Shown here one piece after another: positions 46,502 to 56,128 of a stretch of DNA of 64,000 bases. Both the position numbers and the translations under genes were made by a program. Source of the stretch: Candidatus Cloacimonadota bacterium (GTDB lineage: Bacteria; Cloacimonadota; Cloacimonadia; Cloacimonadales; JAIOQZ01). The DNA lies in NCBI GenBank assembly GCA_021108395.1, contig JAIOQZ010000038.1:3415-67414 (forward strand), written 5' to 3'. The notes beneath the pieces were generated by a model that did not search any database, had not been told where the DNA came from, and worked only from the letters and a program-made list of their open reading frames with translations. The first letter of the stretch is position 1; every line of letters starts with the position of its first letter.

Positions 46502-49294
46502 ATGAAACTTTCGATGCATGCGAGTAGAACAGAGAAAATCGTAGGTATCCGTGCAGAAGACATCCACAAATGGATTGATGGGCTTTTCGACTCGGAACGC
46601 CTGGACAGTTTTTTGCGTTTTGGCTCAAAAAACGGCTATAGCCCTTATGATCACCGCAAATTTCGTCATTGCCAGGAATCCCTGGTAGAAGCTTATGAAG
46701 AATTTGAAGCGAAATATACCCGTGAGCAAATCAAAGCTGTCTTCGAGTGTCATATTAAAGACGATTACGATGGCTATCTTCCACACCGCGAGGATTTCGA
46801 GAATGGAACCTTCAAAGAAAAATATCATGATATTGACGAACACATCGAGCATGATAAAATTCTCAGCAAGAAAGAGCTTTCGGAATATTTTGAGCACAAT
46901 GTCAAGCCGGCAAAGTATAGTAAAAGTCTGACCAAAGGATTTCTCACCCGCATTGTGGCTCCAACTATTCTGGCGATGGTGCTGTTTGTATCTACTATAT
47001 TCGCTGTGGTAATCCCCATTTTTCGAGACAATATGATGGAGCGAAAAAAGGAGATGATTCGGGAACTGACCACCTCTGCCATCAGTGTTATAGACTACTA
47101 CATCAAACTGGAGCAAGCCGGAACCATGACGCGGGCGGATGCCCAGAATCACGCCATTACCCAGATAAAAGAAATGCGTTATGGAGATGAGGGCAAAGAC
47201 TATTTCTGGATTACAGATAAGTATCCGAAGATGGTAATGCACCCTTATCGTCACGATCTTACCGGAGCAGATCTTTCCACCTACACAGACAGCGAAAACA
47301 AGAGCGGAAAACGTTTGTTTGTGGAGTTTGTGCGGATGGTGAACGAAAGTGGGGACGGCTATCTGGAATACTTGTGGCAATGGAAAGACGATGCCAGTCG
47401 CACAGCGCCTAAGCTGTCCTATGTCAAGGGAATAGATGATTGGGGATGGATCATTGGCACCGGTGTTTACATAAATGATGTCGAAGAGGAAATCAAAAAA
47501 TTATCGCACAAACTTCTTCTGGTCTTTGCGTTTATCTCTTTGGGACTGGTTATATTGCTGGTAAATGTAGTGTTACAAAGTCATCGGATTGAGATTAACA
47601 AGCAAAAGGCGGAAACCGGCCTCCGTGAGGCAAAAGACCGTTACCGAGCATTGGTAGAGGCCTCGAAGGAGGGCTATATGCTCGAAGTTGAAGGAGAGAT
47701 AGTATATTCAAATATTACTGTGCAGCGAATGCTGGGATATGACGAGGACGAGATTCGTGCAATCAAGATCCTCGATCTGCTGACGAAAAATTCGACTGTA
47801 AATGACGAGGCGATAGAGAACATCACTCATCTGTCGGAAGGAAAAACCAGATCTATGCTGTTTGAGGCACAAGTCTCGACCAAAAGCGGTAAAAAATTGG
47901 AGGTGATGATATCCACTTCCAGGATGTTCTTCTCGAAAAAAAATGGACACATTATCTCAATTCGCCCTATTATTCACAAGGAACTCAGTAGCGCCTTGAG
48001 CACATTCGGTGCAGATACGCAGTATTTTACCGACATCTTTTCGGCCAGGCAAGCCAGTGAAATAGCCAGGCCTCTGGAGCCCAGCCAGAATATCGATGCG
48101 GACAGTGTGCTCATTGCCGAGGATACACCGGTCTTCACAGCTTTTGCAGAGCTGACGAGAAGTGAAGTCGAAACGCTCTATACAAAGGATCGTAACGGTA
48201 ATATCACTGGTATGCTCGGGCTGATTGATATTGCCGGGATGTATGCCGGGTTGCCGGCGGAACTTCTGAGCGAGATCGATAAGAGCCAGAGTGTTGGCCA
48301 TGTGATTAACACTCTGAACCGTTTGCCGCTACTGATTCGCAATATGACCAATCAGGGCGCCAACGCCAAAGTATTGCGCACCACCATGGGCACAATGTAT
48401 GATGCCGCTATCATAAAATTTATCGAGTTTTCGATTCAAACGCTGGGAACGCCGCCGGCAAAATTTGCCTTTCTGTCGCTGGGAAGTAATGCCCGTCACG
48501 AAATGACCCTGTTTTCCGATCAGGATAACGCACTTGTTTTCGCCGATGTCAGCCAGGCAGAGATAGATAGTGTCAGAAGATATTTCCTCAATATGTCGGA
48601 CGGGGTTTGCGCCAAGCTTAATAAAGCGGGCTACCCTTTCTGTCCGGGTGGAATCATGGCGGTGAACCCCAAATGGTGTCTGTCGCTCTCTGAGTGGAAA
48701 GACAAATTCGCCGATTGGATTCTTAATTCATCTCCTGAGTCGATATTGGAAATCAATATTTTTGCAGATATACACTGTGTAGCTGGAGATAACAGTCTTT
48801 CGGATAGTTTGCAGCAACATATCATCGAGTTATCTGCACAGAACCCTCAGTTTTTCATCCACTTTTCTCGAAACTGCCTGCAATATAAAACTTCTCTGAG
48901 CCTGCTGGGAAAAATTCGCACCGAAACCCGTGATGGTGCAAAAACCATCAATATCAAGGGAAATCTGAAGCCTCTGGAAATTATTGCCCGAATATATGCA
49001 CTGAAAAACAGCATAAAAGTCCCAGGCACTCTCGATAGATTGCAAAGACTGATTGAATGTGATGAGGCTCATACACAAATATACAGGGATATGATTTTTG
49101 TGTTTAACTACCTGTGGCAACTACGGTTTTCGAACCAAATAACGGCCTATGCCGATTTGAAGAAAGTGAATGACGAACTTGATCCAAAATCGCTTTCAGA
49201 GATTGAACGCCTGAACCTGAAGAACGTTCTCTCCAAGATTCCTGAGTTTCAAGCCCAGCTCAGCGTTGATTTTCTGGATGGTACGATTCACTGA
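46502..49294 (+). CDS. Transmembrane sensor: N-terminal cytoplasmic domain, single Cache domain, PAS, CBS pair, DUF294-type nucleotidyltransferase
   Basis: Cache-like KDYFWITDKYPKMVMHPYRHDLTGADL...KLSYVKGIDDWGWIIGTGVYINDV, flanked by TM helices. The DUF294 motif is FAFLSLGSNARHEMTLFSDQDNALVF. Confidence 0.85.
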   Translation: MKLSMHASRTEKIVGIRAEDIHKWIDGLFDSERLDSFLRFGSKNGYSPYDHRKFRHCQESLVEAYEEFEAKYTREQIKAVFECHIKDDYDGYLPHREDFENGTFKEKYHDIDEHIEHDKILSKKELSEYFEHNVKPAKYSKSLTKGFLTRIVAPTILAMVLFVSTIFAVVIPIFRDNMMERKKEMIRELTTSAISVIDYYIKLEQAGTMTRADAQNHAITQIKEMRYGDEGKDYFWITDKYPKMVMHPYRHDLTGADLSTYTDSENKSGKRLFVEFVRMVNESGDGYLEYLWQWKDDASRTAPKLSYVKGIDDWGWIIGTGVYINDVEEEIKKLSHKLLLVFAFISLGLVILLVNVVLQSHRIEINKQKAETGLREAKDRYRALVEASKEGYMLEVEGEIVYSNITVQRMLGYDEDEIRAIKILDLLTKNSTVNDEAIENITHLSEGKTRSMLFEAQVSTKSGKKLEVMISTSRMFFSKKNGHIISIRPIIHKELSSALSTFGADTQYFTDIFSARQASEIARPLEPSQNIDADSVLIAEDTPVFTAFAELTRSEVETLYTKDRNGNITGMLGLIDIAGMYAGLPAELLSEIDKSQSVGHVINTLNRLPLLIRNMTNQGANAKVLRTTMGTMYDAAIIKFIEFSIQTLGTPPAKFAFLSLGSNARHEMTLFSDQDNALVFADVSQAEIDSVRRYFLNMSDGVCAKLNKAGYPFCPGGIMAVNPKWCLSLSEWKDKFADWILNSSPESILEINIFADIHCVAGDNSLSDSLQQHIIELSAQNPQFFIHFSRNCLQYKTSLSLLGKIRTETRDGAKTINIKGNLKPLEIIARIYALKNSIKVPGTLDRLQRLIECDEAHTQIYRDMIFVFNYLWQLRFSNQITAYADLKKVNDELDPKSLSEIERLNLKNVLSKIPEFQAQLSVDFLDGTIH

Positions 49295-50040
49295 TCCTTG
49301 TCAGGTGGAAACAGCTTCTGGATGAAATTCCGCCTCAGAGGTTCTCCGCCCAATAATACGTTCAGGTTGCTCTTTGCCGAATGGTTCTCTGGCCATAGCT
49401 CAAGCGCCATCTGATAACATTCTATGGCGCTTTCCGTATCCAGTTGATGCCGTTTCACAATTCCCAGATTGGTGTAGGCTACAGATTTCCGCCGGTTGAT
49501 TTCCTGCACTGCTGTCTCGATAATACCTGCACGTTTCCCTATGATTTTCTCACGCTTCTCCGTGAGAAAAGAAAAATCGGCTGAGATTGCAGCTATCAGC
49601 GCTGGCGCATCCATATCCTTGAATTTCAGTTCAAACTTCTCGTAATAGTCAAGGCTGCGGTTCAAATTGCGATCGGCTATTGCCAGATAGCCCGCTTTCT
49701 CGGCCTGGTCTGCTGTATTGTACAAAGCCATCGTGAGATACGCTGCTGCTCTGTCGGTGCAGATTACTCCTATCTCATAAGATTCCTGGTAATGATCTAT
49801 CTGCCCGTAGGCGGCTTCCATAGAATCCAACACTGCGATCACTTTGTAGAAATCGTTGTTATAGATGTGCTTGTTGTACCGCTCATACATTCGGGCAATA
49901 GGTATTGCTCTGGGGTCTTCAAGACGGTTGGCCTGCTCATAGTACAGATATGCAGCAATCACAGTGATTACAGAAATAGAAAACATGATCACAACCAGAC
50001 GTTTACCGTTCTTTGACAGATTGAAGATTCCACTCATCAT
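49288..50040 (-). CDS. Membrane-anchored TPR-like hypothetical protein
   Basis: N-terminal TM helix LVVIMFSISVITVIAAYLYY, and helical repeats ending in AIECYQMALELWPENHSAKSNL. Confidence 0.6.
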   Translation of the reverse strand: MMSGIFNLSKNGKRLVVIMFSISVITVIAAYLYYEQANRLEDPRAIPIARMYERYNKHIYNNDFYKVIAVLDSMEAAYGQIDHYQESYEIGVICTDRAAAYLTMALYNTADQAEKAGYLAIADRNLNRSLDYYEKFELKFKDMDAPALIAAISADFSFLTEKREKIIGKRAGIIETAVQEINRRKSVAYTNLGIVKRHQLDTESAIECYQMALELWPENHSAKSNLNVLLGGEPLRRNFIQKLFPPDKDQ

Positions 50041-50111
50041 ATTGCCTCTCCAAGTAAAAACTCAGACGGAAACGACCGCCTGAGTTTATAATTGCTGTTA
50101 CGCTTAACAGA

Positions 50112-51779
50112 TCAAGTATGAACCTGCTCGACCAGGAATTTCCTGATTTCGTAGGGTGTTTCCTTGGTGACTAACGACACTACGATATTGGCGAGAATCG
50201 CCAACGGAGCGCCTATCCAGGCAAAATACCAGGCGCCGAGCCAGTAGGTGACAAACTCTGCATAAGGCAGGGTGGCGCCATATTTTCCTGCGACAAAATA
50301 GGTGAGTGAGATAATCGTCACCAAACCGCCTGTGGCGAGCCCGGCCATTGCGCCGGCCTTGTTCGACCTGCTCCACCAGATGCCCAGCAGGAACAGCGGG
50401 AAGATGGTGCAACCTGCAAGAGAAAACGCCAATGCAACCAACTGCCCGATGAGCGCGAGTTTCAGCATCGCCAGGAACATCACGATAATCGCCATCAGGA
50501 TGGTTGCCCCACGGGCCATTCTCAATTGCGTTTTGGGGTCAGCTTTCGGATTGATTACTTTGAAGTACAAATCATGCGAGAAAGCCGATGAACCGGCAAC
50601 CAGCAGTCCGGAAACTGTTGAAAACGCTGCTGAAACGCCGCCTGCCGCGAGTAAACCAACAATTAGTGGATGAATATCTCCAAGTTGAGCCGTGTAAATC
50701 ACGATTGCGTCTTTGGACAAGATGCCAATCTCGGGACTGGAAGAAAGAATCTTTCCAAATGCCGAGAAAACAGGAGCGCTCCAGTAAAGGATGCAGATAA
50801 AGAACAGGCCCCAGACAACAGACCAACGCGCGTCTCTTGCGCGTGGAACGACGTAGAACCTTTGAATCACATGGGGGAGGCCTGCTGTTCCCAGCATCAG
50901 CGAGAAGGTTATCGCCATCCACTGGAAGAAAGTCTTTCCGGTGGAAGGATCCCAGGGCATTGCATATTCTGGACTGGCCATAATAGCGAAATCATGCCCG
51001 AACCGGTTTACCAGATCGGCAGTTTCCGGAGCCGGTATTCCTTTGATGACATCGGTAACCACAGCTCCATAGCCAAGCTGCGGAATCAGCCAGAAGTAAT
51101 CGAACTTGAAAGTGAGAAGAAACAGCGGAATCAGGAACGAAATAATGATTATCACGTACTGAATCTGCATGTTCTTGGTAACTCCAAGCATACCGGAGAT
51201 GAGGGTGTATGATAGCACGACCGAGCTTCCAATAATGACAGCCCAGATATACTCTATGCCCAATACCCACTTGAAGATGAGCCCGATTCCACCGAATTGC
51301 CCCACACAGTATGATATTGAAATGAGGATAGCCACTATCGCTGTGATTGCTCGCAGAGCAGTTGAATAGTATCTGTCGCCGATGAAGTCCGGTGCGGTGT
51401 ATTTGCCATATTTCCTGATTTGCCCGGCCATCAGAATCAACAGCAGAACATAGCCGCCCGTCCAACCGACAACGAATGCCAGTCCGTGATAGCCGGAACC
51501 ATACATAAGAGCGGCCATACCCAGAAACGAGGCGGCGCTCATCCAGTTAGAAGCAATGGCCATGCCCGAGCCAACCCGCGAAATTCCTCTGCCGGCTGCA
51601 TAGTAGTCATTGGTATCCTTTGCCTTGAAGAACACACCCACCATGATGAACAGGACGAGTATCGATATCAGAATAAGCGCCGGGCCAACCTTGAAGCCGC
51701 CTTCTAACGCCGTGCCACTGGTTGCGCTCAAGAAAACCGCCATCAGAAGAAATAATGCGATTAATGTATATTTTTTCAT
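50112..51779 (-). CDS. Sodium:solute symporter family transporter
   Basis: About 13 hydrophobic segments with SSF-like motifs (YYAAGRGISRVGSGMAIASNWMSAASFLG). ATG 51779 follows GGAG. It is paired with a DUF4212-like gene. Confidence 0.9.
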   Translation of the reverse strand: MKKYTLIALFLLMAVFLSATSGTALEGGFKVGPALILISILVLFIMVGVFFKAKDTNDYYAAGRGISRVGSGMAIASNWMSAASFLGMAALMYGSGYHGLAFVVGWTGGYVLLLILMAGQIRKYGKYTAPDFIGDRYYSTALRAITAIVAILISISYCVGQFGGIGLIFKWVLGIEYIWAVIIGSSVVLSYTLISGMLGVTKNMQIQYVIIIISFLIPLFLLTFKFDYFWLIPQLGYGAVVTDVIKGIPAPETADLVNRFGHDFAIMASPEYAMPWDPSTGKTFFQWMAITFSLMLGTAGLPHVIQRFYVVPRARDARWSVVWGLFFICILYWSAPVFSAFGKILSSSPEIGILSKDAIVIYTAQLGDIHPLIVGLLAAGGVSAAFSTVSGLLVAGSSAFSHDLYFKVINPKADPKTQLRMARGATILMAIIVMFLAMLKLALIGQLVALAFSLAGCTIFPLFLLGIWWSRSNKAGAMAGLATGGLVTIISLTYFVAGKYGATLPYAEFVTYWLGAWYFAWIGAPLAILANIVVSLVTKETPYEIRKFLVEQVHT

Positions 51780-51792
51780 TGATTGCTCCAAG

Positions 51793-52563
51793 TTACGATT
51801 TCACCGGTTTATCGAAGTTACCCATTTTAGTATGGACACGGTCAATGATGAAGCAATATACCCAGCACAAACATACAAAAAGTATGAGCAGGAATACTGC
51901 TGTATAGAAATAATGGAAGGGGAAGCCCAGGAAGTTCGTGTCTGTGAGCACAGATTGATTGTGGGTAAGATACAAGCTCATAATTGCAGGAAGGGCTTCT
52001 CTGTCTTCCGTGGTAAATTTCTCCATACCAGCTGAGCGCAATTCCAGTGGAATCAGCTGAGCCTCGAGACTATACTCTTGCAGATCAAACAGTGGAGCAA
52101 TTTGCTGAATGATGCCTGCCTTGGTAGTAACATAGAGGTTGTCAGATAAGGATGCCAGGCTTTCCCGTTGCTTCTCGAAATCGGCTATCCTGGCTTTGAA
52201 TGCCGCTCTTTCTTCCAGGGGCAGCATATCGTAAACAATCCAACTGAAAGCACTGTTTAACACAGCTTTATGTTCTGTTCTTGAAAATGTGCTCGATTTA
52301 CCCAATACCGCCAGAAGCGAGGTGGTGAACTCAATCTTCTCCGCTTCACTGGCCGTACCGTTATTGACATTGTCCCATACACTCTCGAAAGTGATGAGAG
52401 CTGTTTCTGGAGTTGGTTTCTGCATCACCCGCAACAAAGTCTGAAAACCGAAAATCGCAATCGCCCAAATAAGAACGAGGACAATAACCAGATTGCGGTT
52501 AATGCGGGAGAAGTCCGTTGTCGGCTTGAAAAAACTGATTCTGTAATCCTTTTCTTGTTCCAT
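51793..52563 (-). CDS. DUF4212-like symporter small subunit carrying a roughly 165-aa insertion between its two TM helices
   Basis: NRNLVIVLVLIWAIAIFGFQTLL ... (soluble insert) ... FLGFPFHYFYTAVFLLILFVCLCWVYCFIIDRV. The stop lies 13 nt upstream of the symporter ATG at 51779 and 1 nt from the alternative TTG at 51791. Confidence 0.7.
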   Translation of the reverse strand: MEQEKDYRISFFKPTTDFSRINRNLVIVLVLIWAIAIFGFQTLLRVMQKPTPETALITFESVWDNVNNGTASEAEKIEFTTSLLAVLGKSSTFSRTEHKAVLNSAFSWIVYDMLPLEERAAFKARIADFEKQRESLASLSDNLYVTTKAGIIQQIAPLFDLQEYSLEAQLIPLELRSAGMEKFTTEDREALPAIMSLYLTHNQSVLTDTNFLGFPFHYFYTAVFLLILFVCLCWVYCFIIDRVHTKMGNFDKPVKS

Positions 52564-52892
52564 AACTTCTCCAGTAGTTGGTTTATATTGGATATTGGAA
52601 AAATCATTAGTAAATGAGACATGAATTCACGTCAATCAATTTTTTGGTCAAGCCCGAATTCGTGTGCAATATCTAACCACGGTCAGTCATAGTGATAACC
52701 AGTTAAAAAGCGCCCTCTTCCTGATTCTCAATTAAGCTTGATTCAGTTCTGTCAATGCAACAGCGAGCATGTCCTCTGCTTCTTAAGGATATTCCGAGAG
52801 AAAAACCTTGCCAGCTTATGCTCATTTGATTTGATTTTAACCAGTAGAGAATGTCTGAAGCATAAACAGTGTTTTGAACGCCACAAAAGAAC

Positions 52893-54659
52893 ATGGAGAG
52901 AAAAATGAAAAAGCAAATCAGAATCTATGCGGCAATCTTCTGCGTTTTACTCACAGCACACTGTTTTTGCGACTCGCTCGATCCGAGCATTGGTGATCAA
53001 GTAGGGTATTCCAACCTGTTCGAGGCCAACGAAAGCGCTCCGCCAAACTCGTGTTCAACCAGGGATTTGATACCACCGACCTTTGAAATTACCCATGCGG
53101 AAAACGGAGACATAACCATCACTGTAACATCCGATGAAGACCTGTTTACCGGTTGGGTTGAAGAGAAGCTCATCTGGTCAGTAGGCAATTTCGATAACTG
53201 GAGTCTCAATACTCGCCTGGAAAGAGACCCGCAAAACAATCTGTATGCGGCAGTTCTGCTCAAAGAGTATTCAAATTCAAACAACAATTTCGATATGTTC
53301 ATATTGGAAAATAACGGCGAGATTGAAGAAGAACACACTAATTGGAACGGACCCGGCGGCAATCCGCTGATCATCAATAATCCCGACGAGAATATATATC
53401 TTGGACAACCGACGATCTCGATCGAAGGGGCAGTCGATAACGATAACTATACCTATACTTTCAGCACCCAGGCAAGCAGGTGGAGTACCATATATTTCGG
53501 CAAAATCGATCCTGACGGAAATGTTCTCATCTCCGGCGAGCCGATTATCACGGGCATCGATGCCTGGGCCTACGGAATACATCCAGCTATCGACAGCAAT
53601 AACAGGATATACATTGTCTGGTCGGATGATATGCACGATATAACATACGCATATTCCGACGATGGCGGCGATAACTGGACCGAACCCATTTCTCTTTGCT
53701 ACGATGCTGACAATCAGATGAATAAACCGGATATCTGCTGCGACAGCAATGACAATGTCCATGTTGTCTGGCAGCACTATATATCAGGGGTCAATTACCT
53801 TTCATACATGAAAATACGACCGGATGGAACGGTTGCAATTGACGAGAGTTTCTTAACACAGTCAAACAATCAGGTCTGGTGTCCCAAAATCGATGTCGAT
53901 GAACAGAACAACGTTCACATTACCTGGGCGAGAGGCGGTCAGACTCAAGGTGTGGCTCAATACACCAAAATCAACGGAAATCTCGATGCAGACGGCGCTT
54001 CATTGACTGATAACGAGTTGACTCTGATTCAGGATGAAACAATTGATCCTGGAAGTGTCAGGTATCCGAAATGTATCGTCGATGATTACGAAAACGTACA
54101 TTCGATTTATGAAGAGGGCGATTATGGCTTGAATACCCCCAAGTCTTTCCGTTACAGAAAGCGGAATTCTGCGCCATTACTGAGAGTGGTATGTCCCGAT
54201 GATTCCGTTCTTTTCGTGGAGATGACAGGCAGCGGAACCGCCTGGGAAGGAACATTCACGCCACCGATGGACGGTATCTATGATGTGAGAGTGTCTGCTT
54301 CCGATGTCGATGGGAATACGGGAATAGATAACTACCAGTTTGAATATCCGGAAGTTGGAATCGATGATTCCGATTTACCAGTTGCGGGTTTCCGATTGTC
54401 CAACTTCCCCAATCCGTTCAATCCGACAACGACGATTAGCTTTGATTTACCCGCAGGGAACGTGGGAGACGCAGAGATTGTTATCTATAATCTCAGAGGC
54501 CAGATAATCAGGGAATACCCGGTAGCGAACAACCAGTCTTCAATTGTTTGGGATGGAACGGATGAGAGCAATCAGCCGGTTGGCTCTGGAATCTATTTCT
54601 ATCAGATTACAGCAGGAAAGGATTTCTCACAAACCAGGAAAATGCTACTGATGAAGTAA
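52893..54659 (+). CDS. Secreted BNR/Asp-box propeller-like protein with FlgD-Ig/T9SS-type CTD (paralog 1)
   Basis: Signal peptide KKQIRIYAAIFCVLLTAHC; Asp-box YSDDGGDNWTEP; repeated NxHVVW/HITW blades; CTD FPNPFNPTTTISFDLPAGNVGDAEIVIYNLRGQ...MLLMK. Confidence 0.85.
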   Translation: MERKMKKQIRIYAAIFCVLLTAHCFCDSLDPSIGDQVGYSNLFEANESAPPNSCSTRDLIPPTFEITHAENGDITITVTSDEDLFTGWVEEKLIWSVGNFDNWSLNTRLERDPQNNLYAAVLLKEYSNSNNNFDMFILENNGEIEEEHTNWNGPGGNPLIINNPDENIYLGQPTISIEGAVDNDNYTYTFSTQASRWSTIYFGKIDPDGNVLISGEPIITGIDAWAYGIHPAIDSNNRIYIVWSDDMHDITYAYSDDGGDNWTEPISLCYDADNQMNKPDICCDSNDNVHVVWQHYISGVNYLSYMKIRPDGTVAIDESFLTQSNNQVWCPKIDVDEQNNVHITWARGGQTQGVAQYTKINGNLDADGASLTDNELTLIQDETIDPGSVRYPKCIVDDYENVHSIYEEGDYGLNTPKSFRYRKRNSAPLLRVVCPDDSVLFVEMTGSGTAWEGTFTPPMDGIYDVRVSASDVDGNTGIDNYQFEYPEVGIDDSDLPVAGFRLSNFPNPFNPTTTISFDLPAGNVGDAEIVIYNLRGQIIREYPVANNQSSIVWDGTDESNQPVGSGIYFYQITAGKDFSQTRKMLLMK

Positions 54660-54674
54660 CAAATCGGGGGAACC

Positions 54675-56096
54675 ATGAAAACATCAAGACGTCTGTTAGT
54701 CGCATTATGTTTTCTGTCTGCGAGTTTTCTTTTTGCTGATTGGACGAACTACCAGATCACCGACAACAATTATGCAGAGAGTATATCTTCAACAGCTTTG
54801 AATAATGATGATAACCCAGGGTTCGCCTGGTGCTCAAATGACGATGGTGACTATGACATTTACTACTTGGATGACATCACCGGAACTCCGGTAACGGTTA
54901 CCGATAACAGCACGGAAGACTTTTATCCATGTTTGCAATTCGACCAGGCCGGGTACGCGCATATCGTCTATAAAGGATATGATGGCGATGATTATGAAGA
55001 ATTTTATACAAACAACGTAGCCGGCGATTTCTGCGAACCGATACAGGTGAGTTTCACCTCGACAAATCTTATGGTCTTTGTTCCCGAGCGTTCAAGTTTT
55101 GCCATCGATTCCACGGGCATTATTCATGTCGCCTATAAATACGGATACTATGAATACGGTAACTGGGACATATATTATGTGAATAACGAAGGTGGAACAT
55201 TCGGAACGCCAATTCAGGTAACTGATGGGAGCAGGACGAGTTATAACAGAGCATCGATTGCTCTGGACAGTAACGACGATGTTCATCTTGTATGTGAAAA
55301 CGGAGCTGACATTGTCTATACGAACAACATCTCCGGTTCGTTCGCTCCATTGGAAACAATCAGCGAAGGAACGATTCGCTGGCACTCATCGATAGGAATA
55401 GATTCTTTCGACAACATTCATGTTTCGTATGGCGGGTATCATGGTGGCGTTTTTTACATTAACAATGTAGGCGGAAGTTTTGATTCAACTGTGGCGATAG
55501 CGACAAATAATGGCGCTGATGGGCCCACGGCGCTTGCATTGGATGATAACGACAATGTGCATATCTCCTATGTCGGTGGAGATTTCGGAAATCCAAATTC
55601 CTTTGAACTGTATTATGTGAACAATACTTTGGGTAATTTTGAAGACATCGAGCAATTAACCGTCAATGATGAACACACTACGGATGTGTCCATGTGCCTG
55701 GATTCCTGTGACAACTGCCATATAACCTATTTGGAAGGTCTTTACGGAAGCACTGATTACGAGGTTTGGTATATCACAAATCGCGAAATCATCGATATTT
55801 CTTCTGATGAGATTGAACCTGATATCATCAAGCTTTCAAATTACCCCAATCCGTTCAATCCGACAACAACGATCAGCTTTGATTTACCCGCAGGGAACGT
55901 GGGAGACGCAGAGATAACTATCTATAATGTAAAAGGGCAAATGATCAGGGAATACCCTGTATCGAATAGCCAGTCTTCAATTGTCTGGAACGGAACGGAT
56001 GAGAGCAATCAGCCGGTGAGTTCGGGCATCTATTTCTATCAATTGAAAATTGACGGCATGGTTGAAGCAGTAAAGAAGTGTATGTTAATAAAATAG
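54675..56096 (+). CDS. Secreted repeat (propeller-like) protein with FlgD-Ig/T9SS-type CTD (paralog 2)
   Basis: Signal peptide MKTSRRLLVALCFLSASFLFA. It has about six units of roughly 50 aa of the type IHVAY...IYYVNN.GG.F. CTD YPNPFNPTTTISFDLPAGNVGDAEITIYNVKGQ...CMLIK. Confidence 0.85.
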   Translation: MKTSRRLLVALCFLSASFLFADWTNYQITDNNYAESISSTALNNDDNPGFAWCSNDDGDYDIYYLDDITGTPVTVTDNSTEDFYPCLQFDQAGYAHIVYKGYDGDDYEEFYTNNVAGDFCEPIQVSFTSTNLMVFVPERSSFAIDSTGIIHVAYKYGYYEYGNWDIYYVNNEGGTFGTPIQVTDGSRTSYNRASIALDSNDDVHLVCENGADIVYTNNISGSFAPLETISEGTIRWHSSIGIDSFDNIHVSYGGYHGGVFYINNVGGSFDSTVAIATNNGADGPTALALDDNDNVHISYVGGDFGNPNSFELYYVNNTLGNFEDIEQLTVNDEHTTDVSMCLDSCDNCHITYLEGLYGSTDYEVWYITNREIIDISSDEIEPDIIKLSNYPNPFNPTTTISFDLPAGNVGDAEITIYNVKGQMIREYPVSNSQSSIVWNGTDESNQPVSSGIYFYQLKIDGMVEAVKKCMLIK

Positions 56097-56128
56097 GGAA
56101 TTCAATAAAAAAAAGAGAGGTGACGACG

